Source: Chlorobiota bacterium
GTDB taxonomy: Bacteria; Bacteroidota; Ignavibacteria; OLB7
Direction of reading: 5' to 3'
DNA: 64,000 nucleotides
NCBI GenBank assembly: GCA_016700335.1
Contig: CP065014.1
Coordinates: 2,309,479 to 2,373,478 of the forward strand
Shown here: piece after piece, positions 11,053-21,507 of the stretch
Layout: each line of letters opens with the position of its first letter
Position numbering within the stretch: position 1 is the first letter of the stretch
Translations under genes and position numbers: made by a program
The notes under the pieces: generated by a model
What the model was told of the DNA's origin: nothing
Databases searched by the model: none
The model's input: only the letters and a program-made list of their open reading frames with translations

Positions 11053-11060
11053 TAACTTTG
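11053..11060 (+). promoter_or_regulatory. TAacTTTG motif upstream of zapA, next to a 9-bp palindrome (AAAGTTACT/AGTAACTTT)
   Basis: Exact TAnnTTTG match 76 nt upstream of the zapA start. A perfect inverted repeat immediately precedes it. Confidence 0.25.
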
Positions 11061-11135
11061 TAAAATAATTAGGATTGATATTGAACGTGGATATTAGGAG
11101 AATTTTTTTTTCATATTATTTTTTTTGTTTTAAAA

Positions 11136-11414
11136 TTGCAATCTATTTCAGTTCTTATATCAGGAGTTGAATATAATTTATTGGGGGAAAATCCTGCAAT
11201 GATATATGAAGCTGCCAAAATAGTTAATGAAAAGATGTTGAAAATAGGTCAGCAATCTGTTGTAGAATCATCAACAACAAACGCAGTATTAACAGCGTTA
11301 AATGTTACAGAGGAACATCTTTTAGAGCAAAAAAATAATGATAATGAACTTAAAATTGTAAAATCTAGTTTAGAAGAAATTAACAATATATTATTAGATG
11401 TGCTTACAAGGTAA
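11136..11414 (+). CDS. zapA: Cell division protein ZapA
   Basis: 92 aa. ZapA-family pattern (VxIxGxEYxL...AAxxVNEKMxxI). TTG start. Sits next to rny, as in many genomes. Confidence 0.65.
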   Translation: MQSISVLISGVEYNLLGENPAMIYEAAKIVNEKMLKIGQQSVVESSTTNAVLTALNVTEEHLLEQKNNDNELKIVKSSLEEINNILLDVLTR

Positions 11415-11519
11415 TCAATAATAAATTTTTTATTTTACTTTACTCCACTATTTCCATTCATAATTGTTCTTTGAAATACTTGAAAACTAAATAATATGAA
11501 ATAATATTTTTAAAAACTT

Positions 11520-11815
11520 ATTGTTTTAGAAATTTCGTCTGAGATACTCGTCGCCATTCGCAACAATTGAACCTATAGTTTTGAGAAATTGGGAAATTGA
11601 CTCATTGCATTGCTCGCAGGCCTCATTGCGTAACCACCCGGAAGTAAAATTCTTATTTATATTTTTTTAAATATATAAGATTTTACCATTGGAAGCGAAA
11701 TATGTTTGGCAGTTCCCCACTGTGTTATAAAGAGGGTTCAATACTCTTGCCTGAGAATGTAAACTTACAAATTTTGTAAGTTTACTGCGGCGAGTAACTC
11801 AAACGATTTGATAAT
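11520..11815. ncRNA. Candidate structured non-coding region (unassigned) in the 575-bp zapA-rny intergenic gap
   Basis: Local GC clearly above the AT-rich flanks. Perfect 13-bp hairpin GTAAACTTACAAA-TT-TTGTAAGTTTAC at 11757-11786. No ORF. No match to tmRNA, SRP RNA, RNase P RNA or cobalamin riboswitch motifs. Confidence 0.2.
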
Positions 11816-11990
11816 AAAAATATTAATAAACTAACATATTGAATTCAAGTATTTTTAAAAGAACCTATCAACTTAATCCAATTAAATAATTAAACTAATT
11901 ATGAGATATTGCATAAATGAATTTGCAAATAAGTAGTTTTTTTAATTAATTCAAACTGATATTAACATAAATAAAACTTTAAAAAATTAA

Positions 11991-13715
11991 ATGGATGCTA
12001 CCATTGAGATAATATTAGTTGTTACAGGATGTATTGTTGGTTTTGTTGTTAGTTATTTACTTGGGTCTAAATCTGCAAAAACTCAAATAGATGATGCAAA
12101 GTCAAGGGCAATTCAAATTGTTGAGGATGCAAAAATTTCTGGTGATAATTTAAAGCGTGAGAAAGAGTTACAAGCTAAAGATGAATTTTTAAAAAATAAA
12201 AAACTTTTAGATGATGAATCTCAAATCAAACGTGAGAAACTTCAGAATATAGAGCGTCAGATTAAACAACGTGAAGAGAACATAGAAAAAAATGCATCTA
12301 AAAAACTTGAACAAGCTACTAAACAAGAACTGCAAGCTGCAACTTTATTAAAAGAGTTTGAAATAAAAGCTACAGCTTTTGATGAGTCAAGAAAAACTAT
12401 TGAAAAGAACTTCACTGAACAAAAAAAATTATGGGAAAAAAATGCTGATGATGAAAAGAAAAAAATAACTGATCAAAAGAAAGAACTTGAAGAAACAAAT
12501 AGGAATATTGAAAATGTTAGAGCTACAATTGAACAAAAAAAGAAAATAATTGATGAATTGGTTTCAGAACAGAATACTCGATTAGAGAGAATTTCAGGTA
12601 TGTCTAGAGAAGACGCCAAAACTTTTCTAATTGAGAATATGATTAATGATGCAAAAAATGAAGCAGCTCAAAGAGTTAAAAATGTTAGAGATCAAGCAAA
12701 ACTTGATTCAAAGAAAGAATCACAAAGAATTATAATTCAAGCTATCCAAAGAAGTGCTTCAGATTATTCTGTAGAAACTACAGTATCAGTTGTGAATATT
12801 CAAGGAGATGAAATGAAAGGAAGAATTATTGGTAGAGAAGGAAGGAATATTAGAGCTTTTGAGGCTGCAACTGGGGTTGATGTTGTTGTTGATGATACAC
12901 CAGACGCAGTAATATTATCTAATTACGATCCATTCCGTCGTGAAGTTGCTAGAATATCACTTGAAAGATTAATGCATGATGGTAGAATTCATCCAACTAG
13001 AATTGAAGAAGTTGTTGATAAAGTTAGGAAAGAACTTGAAGAGGACTTGATTAGAACTGGGCAAACTGCATTGTTAGAATTAGGTATAAATAATGTACAT
13101 CCTGAAATTGTTAGATTGATTGGAAGAATGAAGTACAGGTCTAGTTATGGACAGAATGTTTTATCACATTCAATTGAAACCGCTTATATAGCTGCAACGA
13201 TGGCTCGTGAATTAGGTCTTGATGCTAACCTTGCTAAAAGAGCAGGTTTGATGCATGATATGGGCAAATGCGTTGAAAGAAATATTGAAGGTCCACATGC
13301 AATTATTGGTTTTGAAATTGCTAAAAGATGTAAAGAAAATCCTGTGATTTGTAATGCAATTGGAGCTCATCATGAAGAAATGGAAATGACTTCTCCAATC
13401 TCAGTTCTAGTTCAGGCAGCCGATTCTATTTCTGGAGCAAGACCAGGAGCAAGACGCGAAGCAGTAGAACAATACGTTAAACGATTAGAAACATTAGAAA
13501 ATATTGCTAGATCATTTGAAGGTGTTGCTAAAACTTATGCAATTCAAGCAGGTCGAGAAGTGAGAGTTGTTGTTGAACCAGATCGAGTTGATGATTTGCT
13601 TGCAGATTCATTATCAAATGATATTGCAAAGAAAATACAAGACGAAATGGAATATCCTGGTCAGATTAAAGTAACTGTAATCAGAGAAAAAAGAGCTGTA
13701 GCTTTTGCTAAGTAA
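11991..13715 (+). CDS. rny: Ribonuclease Y
   Basis: N-terminal transmembrane segment, long coiled coil, KH domain (GREGRNIRAFEAATGVDVVVDD), HD domain (SHSIETAYIAATMARELG...HDMGK). Confidence 0.92.
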   Translation: MDATIEIILVVTGCIVGFVVSYLLGSKSAKTQIDDAKSRAIQIVEDAKISGDNLKREKELQAKDEFLKNKKLLDDESQIKREKLQNIERQIKQREENIEKNASKKLEQATKQELQAATLLKEFEIKATAFDESRKTIEKNFTEQKKLWEKNADDEKKKITDQKKELEETNRNIENVRATIEQKKKIIDELVSEQNTRLERISGMSREDAKTFLIENMINDAKNEAAQRVKNVRDQAKLDSKKESQRIIIQAIQRSASDYSVETTVSVVNIQGDEMKGRIIGREGRNIRAFEAATGVDVVVDDTPDAVILSNYDPFRREVARISLERLMHDGRIHPTRIEEVVDKVRKELEEDLIRTGQTALLELGINNVHPEIVRLIGRMKYRSSYGQNVLSHSIETAYIAATMARELGLDANLAKRAGLMHDMGKCVERNIEGPHAIIGFEIAKRCKENPVICNAIGAHHEEMEMTSPISVLVQAADSISGARPGARREAVEQYVKRLETLENIARSFEGVAKTYAIQAGREVRVVVEPDRVDDLLADSLSNDIAKKIQDEMEYPGQIKVTVIREKRAVAFAK

Positions 13716-13734
13716 ACAAGTTCATTAAAATATA

Positions 13735-13784
13735 TTCCCACTAATAAATCAATTTGTAGTTGTTAAATTAGTGGGAATTTTTTA
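13735..13784 (+). terminator. Terminator-like hairpin after rny
   Basis: TTCCCACTAAT ... ATTAGTGGGAA stem with a large loop, followed by TTTTTTAT. Confidence 0.4.
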
Positions 13785-13950
13785 TATGTTTTATATTTTT
13801 TTATCATTTTTTTTTCAAGATTATCTAAACTTATTTTTTAAATATTCTAGCTATTCTTAACTTAATTTAAATCAAAGTATTATTAGTTTTTTCAAATTAT
13901 ATTTTCTAATCATAATATCAATTTCATTATTTGAATTTGGTTTTATTCCA

Positions 13951-14613
13951 TTGAAAGCTCAAGAAATGGATGCAATTTCTATTAAGAAAATATCAAAAAT
14001 AAAACAAAATTCTAATGCTTTTTTCCAAATTGCTAGAGTAAAATATAGTGGTGGAGGAGATTGGTATAATGACCCATCAGCAGAAGTTAATTTACTCAAT
14101 TATATTTATAAGGAGACTGGAATAAATGTTAAACCAGAATTCCAAGAGATAGAATTATCATCAGATTATCTATTTTCTTACCCATTCATTTTTTTAACTG
14201 GTCATGGAAATGTAAAATTTGCCAGTGATGAAATTGAAAGATTAAGAAGTTATTTAAACAATGGTGGGTTCCTATATATAGACGATGATTATGGACTTGA
14301 CACAGCAATTAGAAGAGAAATGAAAAAGGTATTTCCTGAAAATGAATTTATTGAACTTCCTTTTTCTCACCCAATTTATCATTCATTTTTTAATTTTAGT
14401 AATGGGTTGCCAAAAATTCATGAACACGATAATAAGACACCACAAGGTTTTGGATTATTTTCTAAAAATAAAAAACTTTGTGTCTTTTATACTTACGAAA
14501 CAAATCCATCAGATGGATGGGCAGATCAAGAAGCACATAATGATCCAATAGAAAAAAGAGAATTAGCATTAAAAATAGGAACAAATATTGTTGTATTTGT
14601 ATTAACTCAATAA
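13951..14613 (+). CDS. DUF4159-family protein (hypothetical)
   Basis: Pattern YSGGGDWYNDP...FIFLTGHGN...GGFLYIDDDYG...LPKIHEHDNK is recalled as typical of DUF4159. The assignment is from memory, not from a search. Confidence 0.5.
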   Translation: MKAQEMDAISIKKISKIKQNSNAFFQIARVKYSGGGDWYNDPSAEVNLLNYIYKETGINVKPEFQEIELSSDYLFSYPFIFLTGHGNVKFASDEIERLRSYLNNGGFLYIDDDYGLDTAIRREMKKVFPENEFIELPFSHPIYHSFFNFSNGLPKIHEHDNKTPQGFGLFSKNKKLCVFYTYETNPSDGWADQEAHNDPIEKRELALKIGTNIVVFVLTQ

Positions 14614-14682
14614 TATTATATGTTCAATTTTTTTTATTTGACGTCATTAATTTATTTATAATATTTTAAAATTATTTTTAAT

Positions 14683-15111
14683 ATGAAAATTGCATTAGGA
14701 TCAGATCATGCTGGGTTTCAGTATAAAACAAATACAAATTCATTTCTTCTGAAAGAAGGTATTGAAGTAATAGATTTTGGTACAAATTCTACAGAATCAG
14801 TAGATTATCCAGACTTTGCTAAAAAAGCTGCTCAAGCTGTTGTTGATGGACTTGTTGATTATGCTATTATAATTTGTGGATCAGGTATTGGGGTTTCTAT
14901 AACTGCGAATAAAATAAAAGGTGTAAGAGCAGCTAATTGTTTGACTGAAGAAATGGCTGAACTTGCTCGTGAGCATAATAATGCAAATGTATTGACATTA
15001 GGTGAAAGACTGATTGATTGGGAAACAGCTAAAAAGATTATAAAAAAATTTCTTAATACTCCTGCCTCCACAAATTTAAGACATCAAGCTAGAATTAATA
15101 AAATTGAATAA
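14683..15111 (+). CDS. rpiB: Ribose-5-phosphate isomerase B (RpiB/LacAB family)
   Basis: MKIALGSDHAGF...IICGSGIGVSITANKIKGVRAA is the RpiB signature. Confidence 0.85.
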   Translation: MKIALGSDHAGFQYKTNTNSFLLKEGIEVIDFGTNSTESVDYPDFAKKAAQAVVDGLVDYAIIICGSGIGVSITANKIKGVRAANCLTEEMAELAREHNNANVLTLGERLIDWETAKKIIKKFLNTPASTNLRHQARINKIE

Positions 15112-15157
15112 TTTCAGTTTTAATTTGATTAATAATCTAAATGTAAATAATTGACTT

Positions 15158-16123
15158 TTACCACATTGTAATTTGATCACTTAATCTGAACCCTATTAAA
15201 AACAATCTTGATGAGGTTGGTTCTGGTAATATACCAGCATCATGTTGGAATTCACTTCTTAAAAAAGTTGTGAATTTTGCCCCTTTATCATTGAATAAGT
15301 TGAACCCTATTTCTGAAATTGGAATAGATTGAATTACTTTATTGAAACTTTTAATTCTGTTTGCTAAGCCTTGTTCCTTTCCATACAAACTAGCCATGTA
15401 ATTAATAGTGAAATGTAAACTATAATTAGATTTCTTTGGCATTAACTCAAATTTTGAATAGACATTAATTGCATCTATTAATGCTCCTATTGGTAAGCCT
15501 TTTGAAAATGAATTTGTATCATCTGTACTTCTAGTATCACCTGCTTGAATAAAAAAATCATTTCTGATAGATAAACCATAAATTAAATCAAAATTACCTA
15601 TTTTAAAGTATGCTTTTGGTCTCAAGAAAATACGAGACATAATACCGCTAAAGACTAATGTCCTTTCTTGAATCAACCCTCTTTCTAATTTTGCTTCTAA
15701 ATTATCAACATCATGTTTGCACCTATGAGTGTATCCAAATTGAAGTACTATTTTTTCAGAAATACTTTTGTTAAAATGCAAACCTTCTTCCCAAAATATT
15801 GCTCTTGGATTAAATGCTATTTCATTATAGCTATCCATCACAACTTCCATTACTCCATCAGCGGTTACGCTCCAAGAAGAATCATATCTGAACAGTTCAA
15901 CATAACCACCAGTTTTAGCATTCCATAAATGATTTTTATCAGCATTAAAATGTCTTGAAAATTCTGCATATAATTTAGTTGTATTTAGCCAAGATGTTCC
16001 TGATGAATCATTACAAATTCCATTTAATGGATCTATAATATTTACTCTATCAGGAAAATTTTGTGAACAAACAATGCATTGATTAAATAACCAAAGAACA
16101 GTTAATATTTTATGATATTTCAA
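15158..16123 (-). CDS. Hypothetical secreted or outer-membrane protein
   Basis: Signal peptide, no recognisable catalytic motif. Confidence 0.4.
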   Translation of the reverse strand: MKYHKILTVLWLFNQCIVCSQNFPDRVNIIDPLNGICNDSSGTSWLNTTKLYAEFSRHFNADKNHLWNAKTGGYVELFRYDSSWSVTADGVMEVVMDSYNEIAFNPRAIFWEEGLHFNKSISEKIVLQFGYTHRCKHDVDNLEAKLERGLIQERTLVFSGIMSRIFLRPKAYFKIGNFDLIYGLSIRNDFFIQAGDTRSTDDTNSFSKGLPIGALIDAINVYSKFELMPKKSNYSLHFTINYMASLYGKEQGLANRIKSFNKVIQSIPISEIGFNLFNDKGAKFTTFLRSEFQHDAGILPEPTSSRLFLIGFRLSDQITMW

Positions 16124-16232
16124 CTTGATTTTTTATTAATAATTGCTTAAAAACATAAAATTCGACACAAATTGTTACAATTAGATGTCACAAATTGGCT
16201 ATTATTACCAACTTTAAACCGTCATAATTATG

Positions 16233-16240
16233 TATATTTG
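16233..16240 (+). promoter_or_regulatory. TAtaTTTG motif upstream of the lipoprotein gene
   Basis: TAnnTTTG match about 45 nt upstream of the start at 16285. Confidence 0.2.
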
Positions 16241-16284
16241 AAAGAGATTTAGAACTTAATGAACAAAATTTCTCGAAGCAATAA

Positions 16285-17049
16285 ATGTTAATTACTTCAA
16301 ACATATATTTCAAAATAAAACAATTATGGGTATTACTACTCTTAGTTGTTATTTTTGTTGGATGTTCAAGTAAAACCACAAGGTTAAGTAACAAAACTAC
16401 TGCTTCTAAAAGAAATACTTCAATTGCTAAAAAGCATGACAATCCATTAACTTCTTGGAATAAGTCAAAATCTGAGCCTGTAACTATTAAATCAAATATA
16501 CCCCAAACAACTGATAAAAGCAATTTAGAATATAAATCACCAACAATTGCTGGGTATACACCTCCTGAGCCATTCAATCCTAACAGTGTCAATCAAAATA
16601 GTGACCCACTTGAAGGAGTTACTGGAGAAGAACCAAAATCATTGAATGATTTAAATTATTCAAATGATAATGATACTTATACTCCCCCAAAAATGAATCA
16701 GAAGAAAAGTTATTTTAAGAATATTTCTTCTAAAAATAGGTCTAAATTAGTTTATAAAAGTAGTAATTCTCAAAGTAACCTACCAATAAAACAATATAGT
16801 GTTAAAAAAGTTCAATATGTAAAAGTTGTTCCTAAATCAATTATTGAAAGTCCAAAACAGTTAGCTTTAAAAGCAGAAAAAAATTTAGAAATGCAACAAT
16901 TGTTTATTGATGGAGTTACTGCTTCAAGAACTGGAAACAATAAAAAAGCAATATCTAACATGAGGCAGGTGTTGATTTCTGGTAATAGTGATTTAAAGAA
17001 AAAAGCAAAAATCTATTATTCTAGATCAATTCAAAATCCTTCTAGATAA
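16285..17049 (+). CDS. Hypothetical lipoprotein, S/N/K/P-rich and low complexity
   Basis: Lipobox-like LLLLVVIFVGCSS, then a compositionally biased sequence. Confidence 0.4.
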   Translation: MLITSNIYFKIKQLWVLLLLVVIFVGCSSKTTRLSNKTTASKRNTSIAKKHDNPLTSWNKSKSEPVTIKSNIPQTTDKSNLEYKSPTIAGYTPPEPFNPNSVNQNSDPLEGVTGEEPKSLNDLNYSNDNDTYTPPKMNQKKSYFKNISSKNRSKLVYKSSNSQSNLPIKQYSVKKVQYVKVVPKSIIESPKQLALKAEKNLEMQQLFIDGVTASRTGNNKKAISNMRQVLISGNSDLKKKAKIYYSRSIQNPSR

Positions 17050-17574
17050 TTAGTATTGGATTATCTTATCCCAAATTTCAGTCAAAGTTTCCCCTGTAAT
17101 ATTTGCTTTACTTTTGTAAGAATTTTTATTCAAGTAAGCAGTTTTACAACCAGCATTTTCTCCTGCTTCTATATCACTTATTGAATCACCTATCATCCAA
17201 GAATTAGATAAATCTATATCAATATCAAGACTCGCTTTTAATATCATTCCAGGCTTAGGTTTACGACAATCACAGCCAAATTCTTTTTCATGAGGGCAGT
17301 AATAAATAGCATTGAAATTAAAACCACAATTATTCATTAACTCATCTTGCATAAAGTTATGAATTTCAGATAGCTTGGATTCTGATATTATACCTCTTGA
17401 AATACATCTTTGATTAGTAATTACTATAGCTTTATAATTTAATGTTTTCACTTTTGGAAGTATTTGAAATATATCTTTATGAAATACAAAATCATCTGTT
17501 GATTTTACATAATTGTCTATATATCTCAAATTGATTACTCCATCTCTATCAAAAAATATTGCTTTGTTACTCAA
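17050..17574 (-). CDS. gmhB: HAD-IIIA phosphatase, D-glycero-D-manno-heptose-1,7-bisphosphate phosphatase-like
   Basis: FFDRDGVIN motif and a Zn-binding CxC loop (CYCPHEKEFGCDCRKPKPGM), typical of GmhB/HisB-N. Confidence 0.7.
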   Translation of the reverse strand: MSNKAIFFDRDGVINLRYIDNYVKSTDDFVFHKDIFQILPKVKTLNYKAIVITNQRCISRGIISESKLSEIHNFMQDELMNNCGFNFNAIYYCPHEKEFGCDCRKPKPGMILKASLDIDIDLSNSWMIGDSISDIEAGENAGCKTAYLNKNSYKSKANITGETLTEIWDKIIQY

Positions 17575-17616
17575 ATTGTTTTATTTGTTAATTTTTTGAA
17601 TTGAATTTAAAACACA

Positions 17617-18228
17617 TTACAAAATTATATTATTATTTAAATCAAATATTTTTATTTTATCAAATTGATTATTTAGATATTCTTCTTTAAACATGGTAAA
17701 TACTTTGTGAACAAATCTATTTCCAGCTTTATCTTTTTCAATCACTCTAAATTCATATTCATTAGTAAAACCTAGCTTTGTGGGTATTTTGATGCTATTT
17801 GTATTCAATGAATTACATCTAATTTCTAATTTTTCAATTCCAATAATATTAAAAGCAACAAACATTAATGCTTTAGTGGCTTCTGTTGCATATCCTTTGT
17901 TTGCTTCATTCACATTTATCCAATATCCAATTTCAAGAATTCCCTCTCCTTGCCTTGTATGCAATCCTGTACCGCCAAATAATTTAGAATTATTACGATT
18001 AAAAATTCCATAGATGAAATCTTTATTTTCATTAAAATTATCAATCCAATTTATAATCCTATCTTCCTTTTGAGATATAGTTTCAGGCTCAAATTTTGCC
18101 CATGGCATAAATTCTGATAAATGAATAATACTCTCATCTATAGAATCCTTTAATAACTTTGCATCATTAAAATCATAGCATCTAATACATAGGTTTTGAG
18201 TTATTATTTTATAAGCTTTGTTTTCCAT
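17617..18228 (-). CDS. GNAT family N-acetyltransferase
   Basis: Acetyl-CoA-binding motif region (GYWINVNEANKGYATEATKALMFVAF). Confidence 0.7.
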   Translation of the reverse strand: MENKAYKIITQNLCIRCYDFNDAKLLKDSIDESIIHLSEFMPWAKFEPETISQKEDRIINWIDNFNENKDFIYGIFNRNNSKLFGGTGLHTRQGEGILEIGYWINVNEANKGYATEATKALMFVAFNIIGIEKLEIRCNSLNTNSIKIPTKLGFTNEYEFRVIEKDKAGNRFVHKVFTMFKEEYLNNQFDKIKIFDLNNNIIL

Positions 18229-18450
18229 ATTTTAATACAACTCTTAAATCATTATATAGTTACAAATAATGTTAATAATTTGTTATTTAGATTTTTTAAA
18301 AAATCAAAAGTTAAAACAATTTTTAAATGAAATTAAAGAAAAATTTATTTGCTTCAAATTATTTACTAACTTGAAAATATGTCAATTTATTAATTTTTCA
18401 ATTTTTAATCATCAATTCTTTTTAAAGAAATAAATACATCAATAAATTAT

Positions 18451-19218
18451 ATGTTTATCATCATTATAATAGGATTGATTACTGGATTTTCAGCTGGAGC
18501 ATTAGGCATAGGAGGTGCAGTTCTTGGAACTCCCTTACTAAAAATTATTGCTAATTTTCCAGATTATTTAGCGCTTGCAACTCCTTTGCCAGCTGTTGTA
18601 CCTGCTGCAATATCAGGTGCAATTGCTTATTCAAAACAGAAATTACTTAGGCTTGAAGTTGCAAAACATTCCTTAATTTTTGCTATTCCTTTTAGTATTT
18701 TAGGTAGCTATATAACAAAATTTACTCCTTCTTATTTGTTAATGATTATTACTGGATTATTGTTAATTCAATCTGGTTTCTCCTTTATAAAAAAAGGTTT
18801 TTTTAGTTCAGAAATTCAAGTGTTAAATGTTAGTCCAAAAATAAATATCAATAAAAATGCTATCTTTCTTTCAGGTATTGTTGCCGGATTTTTATCAGGA
18901 TTTTTAGCAGTTGGTGGTGGAATTATATTTGTCCCATCTTTTATGAAATTTTGCAATTTATCATTGAAGGAGTCTTTAGCCACTTCTCTTTTTTGTGTAG
19001 CAGTTTTAGCTATTCCAGGAATTATTACTCATTCTTTTTTAGGGCATATTGACTGGAATGCTGCATTGATTTTAGCAGCATCTGTTATTCCTGCAAGTTA
19101 TATTGGTGCCACTTTTTCATCCAAATTAAAAAATAATACTATATCAAGATACTACGGTATTTTTATTCTACTTTTTGCTTTTATTTTCATTTATAATAGC
19201 TTAATAAATATTAAATGA
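18451..19218 (+). CDS. TauE/SafE family sulfite/anion exporter
   Basis: Two 4-TM repeats with GxxAGxLGIGGA motifs. Polytopic membrane protein. Confidence 0.8.
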   Translation: MFIIIIIGLITGFSAGALGIGGAVLGTPLLKIIANFPDYLALATPLPAVVPAAISGAIAYSKQKLLRLEVAKHSLIFAIPFSILGSYITKFTPSYLLMIITGLLLIQSGFSFIKKGFFSSEIQVLNVSPKININKNAIFLSGIVAGFLSGFLAVGGGIIFVPSFMKFCNLSLKESLATSLFCVAVLAIPGIITHSFLGHIDWNAALILAASVIPASYIGATFSSKLKNNTISRYYGIFILLFAFIFIYNSLINIK

Positions 19219-19335
19219 TTTTTAATTAATCAATAATAAATTCATTATTAATTTTTAATAAATTCAATGAAATTTATGTTTACTTTAATTCTTTTACCTT
19301 TAAAAGTAAATTAATTATTTAAATTTAATTTTGAC

Positions 19336-19860
19336 TTACTGATTCATAATTTTATCAATTCTTTCCTTTTGTAAAATATGATGGTTCCAATGCATTAAAA
19401 CAAGTTTATACCATTCATCAGCATTAAGAAAAGAAAATGCTGGGTGTGGTGTTTTGCCATTCTTATTATTTTTAAATTTCGATAATATTTTTTCCATTTC
19501 TTCTTTAACATTTTGAAACCCTGCTACAATAATTGCTTTTGATTCAGGTTGTTTAGGTGTATAAGCCTCTGAAGGAGGGACTTTAATTTTAATAGGAGGA
19601 AATTTTTTCAGAAAAATAAAGCAATAAATACCTTTAAAACTCTTCCTACCTTTTCGATTTTCTGAGCTTGAAATACAAACCCCAACTTGTTTCAAATGAA
19701 AATTTAAAGTTGAATTAATTAAATGCATGTAAAGCTGACCAATAGTCCAACTTTCTGAATCAATATTAAACTCTAATTGATTATCAGAATATTTAGCTAA
19801 TTCATCCAACCAATATGAATATACTTGTTCAAATTCTTTATAAATATTATTATTAGACAT
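19336..19860 (-). CDS. DinB/YfiT-like putative metal-dependent hydrolase
   Basis: About 170 aa with His-containing helices (QLYMHLINST, HWNHHIL) compatible with DinB_2. Weak call. Confidence 0.35.
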   Translation of the reverse strand: MSNNNIYKEFEQVYSYWLDELAKYSDNQLEFNIDSESWTIGQLYMHLINSTLNFHLKQVGVCISSSENRKGRKSFKGIYCFIFLKKFPPIKIKVPPSEAYTPKQPESKAIIVAGFQNVKEEMEKILSKFKNNKNGKTPHPAFSFLNADEWYKLVLMHWNHHILQKERIDKIMNQ

Positions 19861-19918
19861 TTCTTTATTTATTATTGAATAACAATTGTGTTAATGAAGT
19901 AACATTTAAAATTTAATT

Positions 19919-20500
19919 CTATTTATATTCAATTGTTCTAAAAGTTAAATTTATTCTTGGTTCTAAATGAAGTTTTGTTGGAGGGAGCTTATGAAGCCAA
20001 TGAAGTTGTGTTTCACCTTTCATCAATAACAAACTTCCATTTTCTAATTTCAAACTTACAACCTCTTTAGTACTCTTGCATTTAAATGAAAATTTTCTTT
20101 CAGAACCTAAGCTTAATGATGCAATAGCTCCATTTTTTTTTAGGTCTTTTTCTCCATCACTATGCCACGCCATTCCCTCATTCCCATTATGATATAAATT
20201 AAGTAAGCATGAATTGAATTTCTCATTCAACTTTTCTTCTATTACTTGTTTTATCACTTTCAATTCCTCAGTCCATGGCAAAGCTTTTTTTGTAATATTG
20301 GAATAAGTATATTCAAATTCAGAATCACCATACCATGCAACTTTTCTTTTTGTTATAATTAATCTACCAAATATAAATGCTTCATCATTTTTCCAAACAA
20401 TATTATTTAATAATGAATTATAAAAGTAACTTGTTTCTGTATCATTGAAAATTTTTCCATAATAATTTACAATACCTTTATAAGGAAGTATATTTACCAT
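19919..20500 (-). CDS. alkB: Alpha-ketoglutarate-dependent dioxygenase AlkB (DNA/RNA repair demethylase)
   Basis: 2OG-Fe(II) oxygenase motifs WHSDGE ... H ... RINLTFR. Confidence 0.8.
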   Translation of the reverse strand: MVNILPYKGIVNYYGKIFNDTETSYFYNSLLNNIVWKNDEAFIFGRLIITKRKVAWYGDSEFEYTYSNITKKALPWTEELKVIKQVIEEKLNEKFNSCLLNLYHNGNEGMAWHSDGEKDLKKNGAIASLSLGSERKFSFKCKSTKEVVSLKLENGSLLLMKGETQLHWLHKLPPTKLHLEPRINLTFRTIEYK

Positions 20501-20592
20501 TTCAGATTTTTTTTATAAATAGATTTTAAGTCAGAATACATTGTTTTCAAAATTTTAAACCAGAATTTTTGATTTTTATTTTTGAAATCAAA

Positions 20593-21423
20593 CTACAACT
20601 TTTGACCTTCAATATAAGCCATTGGTACAGTTAGAGTTAATCCTCCATTTTTGTCTGCAAAACTGTTTAAATTATTCTCTAGTGATGTAAACACCATTTC
20701 CCAATCTTTTTGTGGAATTAATTCTAACCAAGAACCTAACCAACCTAATTTAATAAAATGATGATTCAAGAATGCTGAACCATTTAAAAATTTCATTTCA
20801 ACAATATCTTCAATAATTCTAATCAACTTAAATCCATTATTAGAGTATAAGTTAGAAACACTTTTCAATGAACCTCTATGTTCTTGATGTAACCTTAACC
20901 CACTTATCAAATTAGTTTTGTTTAATTCAATTAAAGTCTCTTCAAAAACTTTGTAAAATTCTACCCAATGTCCATTAAGATTCGTAGTAATAACTAAATT
21001 GCTACCAGAATTTAAAACTCTTTTACATTCATTAAATACCTTTTGAGGATTACTAAAATTATTAATTCCTAAATTTGAAACAATTAGATCAATACTCATA
21101 TCTTCAAAAGGCAAATTCTCACCAGTTCCTTCTATAATTTCAACATTATCTAAATTATAAATTAAAATTTTCTTATTTGCTCTATCATTTGCATTTTTCC
21201 AAAGATCAATTCCAAAACATTTACAGTTTGACCCAAGCCTTTCTGCTAATTCAAACAACGGAAAGCCAGTACCCGAGCCAATGTCGAGTACTCTATTGTA
21301 TTGCTTAAGCTCAAAATGTTTAAAAAATAAAAGACCAAACATTGCACTCCACAAAGGAAGTTCATCAAAAGTATTTACTAACTCAATTGAATCACTAAAT
21401 CTATATTTCCAAAATTCATTCAT
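20593..21423 (-). CDS. Class I SAM-dependent methyltransferase
   Basis: Motif I VLDIGSGTG, post-I acidic residue, motif II and III spacing. Confidence 0.8.
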   Translation of the reverse strand: MNEFWKYRFSDSIELVNTFDELPLWSAMFGLLFFKHFELKQYNRVLDIGSGTGFPLFELAERLGSNCKCFGIDLWKNANDRANKKILIYNLDNVEIIEGTGENLPFEDMSIDLIVSNLGINNFSNPQKVFNECKRVLNSGSNLVITTNLNGHWVEFYKVFEETLIELNKTNLISGLRLHQEHRGSLKSVSNLYSNNGFKLIRIIEDIVEMKFLNGSAFLNHHFIKLGWLGSWLELIPQKDWEMVFTSLENNLNSFADKNGGLTLTVPMAYIEGQKL

Positions 21424-21507
21424 TGAATTTACAATTATAAACTAAGATTTTTTTAAGAATTTAGCATAGCTACATAATTAAATTTAAAAGATATATTCAA
21501 TATAGTT

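Noticed and set aside
11520-11815. Intergenic GC-rich island tested as tmRNA, SRP RNA, 6S RNA, cobalamin riboswitch or tRNA
   Set aside because: No tRNA-like T-arm or ACCA end, no SRP GGAAG domain-IV motif, no B12-box context. Kept only as an unassigned candidate.
14342-14551. 69-aa ORF inside the DUF4159 gene in another frame, and a 67-aa ORF at 52107-52310 over the uppS terminator
   Set aside because: Both overlap better-supported features. No start context or conservation signal.
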